Position numbers and translations under genes: made by a program
Notes under the pieces: model-generated
Seen by the model: only the letters and a program-made list of their open reading frames with translations
Told to the model about the DNA's origin: nothing
Database searches by the model: none
Part shown: positions 63,338 to 64,000 of the stretch, piece after piece
Layout: every line of letters starts with the position of its first letter
Position numbering within the stretch: position 1 is the first letter of the stretch
Assembly: GCA_963801815.1 (NCBI GenBank)
Contig: CAWDGJ010000001.1
Location: 192,001 to 256,000, forward strand
DNA from: an uncultured Verrucomicrobiae bacterium
GTDB taxonomy: Bacteria > Verrucomicrobiota > Verrucomicrobiia > Chthoniobacterales > UBA10450
DNA: 64,000 nt
Direction: 5' to 3'

Positions 63338-64000
63338 TCACAATTCGGTCGCTGCCCAGAATTTTCGAAAGGCGCTCGGCCAGGTGCGATTGATCACGCC
63401 GTCCCGCGCGTGACTGCCCATCCGCTTGCGGCGCTCTGAATCAACCACCAATTCGCGAATCGCGCGGGTCAGATCTTTCGCGTCATGAGATTTTGTGATC
63501 AAACCGTTCTGATTGTTTTCGACGAGCTCTTTTGGTCCGCCGGCATCCGAGACGACGACCGGAACCCCCGATGCCTGCGCTTCAATAATGACGTTACCGA
63601 ACGTGTCGGTCGTACTCGGGAAAACGAAGATGTCGGCTGAGGCGTAGGCGGCGGCGAGATCTTTCCCGGTAAGATAACCCGTAAAGAACGCTTCCGGCAG
63701 CGCTTCGTGCAGCGCTTCCGAGTAAGGGCCATGGCCAACGACAAAAAGTTGAACCGACAATCCCTCGTCACGCAGTTTCCGGTATGCCTCGACCAAGAGA
63801 TCGAGATCCTTTTCGCGCGAAACGCGGCCGACGTAGAGCAAGCGCACTTGTCCGTTCTTGGCCCCGAATCTCTCAAAGAACGCCGGATCGCGTCGAGTGG
63901 GATGAAACAACTCGGTGTCGAGCCCGCGCGGGAGAATTTTCAATTTCTCCGGATCGAATCCGCGCTTGATCCAGCTCTGACGATATTCCTCTGAATTCAC
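63338..64000 (-). CDS. Glycosyltransferase family 4 protein, C-terminal part (runs off the right edge)
   Basis: YVGRVSREK, FPSTTDTFGNVIIEAQASGVPV. Confidence 0.92.
   Translation of the reverse strand: MNSEEYRQSWIKRGFDPEKLKILPRGLDTELFHPTRRDPAFFERFGAKNGQVRLLYVGRVSREKDLDLLVEAYRKLRDEGLSVQLFVVGHGPYSEALHEALPEAFFTGYLTGKDLAAAYASADIFVFPSTTDTFGNVIIEAQASGVPVVVSDAGGPKELVENNQNGLITKSHDAKDLTRAIRELVVDSERRKRMGSHARDGVINRTWPSAFRKFWAATEL

Overview
Mostly housekeeping bacterial chromosome; a Verrucomicrobiota/Chthoniobacterales-like origin is my inference from gene content and repeat style. Core genes include ruvA, glyQS, murI, valS, cstA, pilMNO(P), a moxR-bat operon, der, pgsA, a clpX-like ATPase, recR and treZ with a glycogen debranching enzyme. 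There are three intact tRNAs (Ser-TGA, Val-CAC, Leu-TAA). The main accessory feature is a ~21.5 kb integrase-less island (32367-53875) bounded by direct repeats of the 5' half of tRNA-Leu. It carries a biosynthetic cluster: a single-module highly reducing type I PKS (KS-AT-DH-cMT-ER-KR-ACP), a stand-alone condensation protein, a desaturase, an ABC exporter with a LolA-like protein, an AsnB-type amidotransferase, a lipoprotein amidase and a TPR protein. The island also holds an orphan integron cassette with attC, a 55-aa Gly-Gly peptide ORF missed by the ORF track, and a transketolase remnant. Elsewhere are a degenerate tRNA-Val copy interrupted by a palindrome, a GIY-YIG nuclease pseudogene directly after tRNA-Val, and many REP-like palindromes, several inserted in frame in proteins. 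About a dozen single-base frameshifts (mostly +1), several in essential genes, point to sequencing or assembly error. All protein calls come from motif recognition, not database searches.
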